Source of the DNA: an uncultured Candidatus Rokubacteria bacterium
Lineage (GTDB): Bacteria > Methylomirabilota > Methylomirabilia > Rokubacteriales > CSP1-6
Direction: 5' to 3'
DNA: 64,000 nucleotides
NCBI GenBank assembly: GCA_963758635.1
Contig: CAVWWD010000004.1
Span: forward strand, 192,001 to 256,000
Shown piece after piece: positions 63,667 to 64,000 of this stretch (the first letter of the stretch is position 1; every line of letters starts with the position of its first letter). The notes under the pieces were generated by a model. The model made no database searches and had not been told where the DNA came from. It was given only the letters and a program-made list of their open reading frames with translations. Position numbers and translations under genes: made by a program.

Positions 63667-64000
63667 CTAGAGCCGGGAGGCGAGCGCCGCCACGCGCTCG
63701 CGGGCCGCGTCGTCGAAGCGACGCGCCACGCCCACCGCGCAGTTGTCCTCCGCGTGCCGCGGATCGCGCGTGGCCGGAATGCTGACGCTCACCCGCGGAT
63801 CGCTCACCCCCCAGTTGAGGAGCGCCTGCGCCCAGGTCGTGAGGCCGTACTCGGCGAGGAACGCGAGCTCGCGCGCGGGCGGCGCCTCGCGCGCGAGCCG
63901 GCCGACGCCGAGCGGCCGCATCAGGATCACGCCGATGCCGTGGGCGGCGGCGAGGGGAAGCAGCACGCGCTCCACCTCGCGATCTTGCGGGTTGTACGGG
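63667..64000 (-). CDS. Aldo/keto reductase, C-terminal part (runs off the window)
   Basis: PYNP..REVERVLLPLA...GIGVILMRPLG, AQALL.W, VSIPAT. Confidence 0.85.
   Translation of the reverse strand, partial: PYNPQDREVERVLLPLAAAHGIGVILMRPLGVGRLAREAPPARELAFLAEYGLTTWAQALLNWGVSDPRVSVSIPATRDPRHAEDNCAVGVARRFDDAARERVAALASRL

Noticed and set aside
1..64000. Widespread pseudogenisation or programmed frameshifting (more than 20 broken genes)
   Set aside because: Breaks are isolated small indels in G/C-rich runs, even in nrdJ and mlaA, without accumulated nonsense codons; most consistent with long-read assembly error. Raw reads would settle it

Overview
Very GC-rich bacterial DNA from a diderm (MlaA, an OprB porin, PEP-CTERM proteins, Tat-exported ABC binding proteins). 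Gene content and style suggest Ca. Rokuibacteriota/Methylomirabilota, which is inference only. Many genes are broken by isolated 1-bp indels that look like long-read assembly errors, so coordinates of those genes are approximate. In order, the window holds: a sigma-54 signalling locus (0.4-6.9 kb); lhgO, a protease-rhodanese fusion, ggt, a LigAB-type dioxygenase and a peptide ABC system; a GIY-YIG/ATP-grasp/GNAT operon; an accessory block (21-35 kb) with an IS91 fragment, a two-component system and envelope genes; an NrdR-regulated, intein-containing class II ribonucleotide reductase; mlaA; two membrane class III nucleotide cyclases; a PLP/TPP enzyme operon; a peroxiredoxin opposite a BTAD regulator; an ISKra4-type remnant; and a second peptide ABC system. 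Two candidates stand out. (1) A DCC1/DUF393 thiol-disulfide oxidoreductase at 50154-50549, split by the ORF track, has TGA at both CxxC positions followed by a SECIS-like hairpin, consistent with a UxxU selenoprotein. (2) A possible peptide autoinduction circuit: a sigma-54 activator, tandem TGCA-N10-TGCA sites and a -24/-12 promoter sit upstream of a 45-aa exported-looking peptide, followed by an orphan peptide-binding protein translationally coupled to a histidine kinase.
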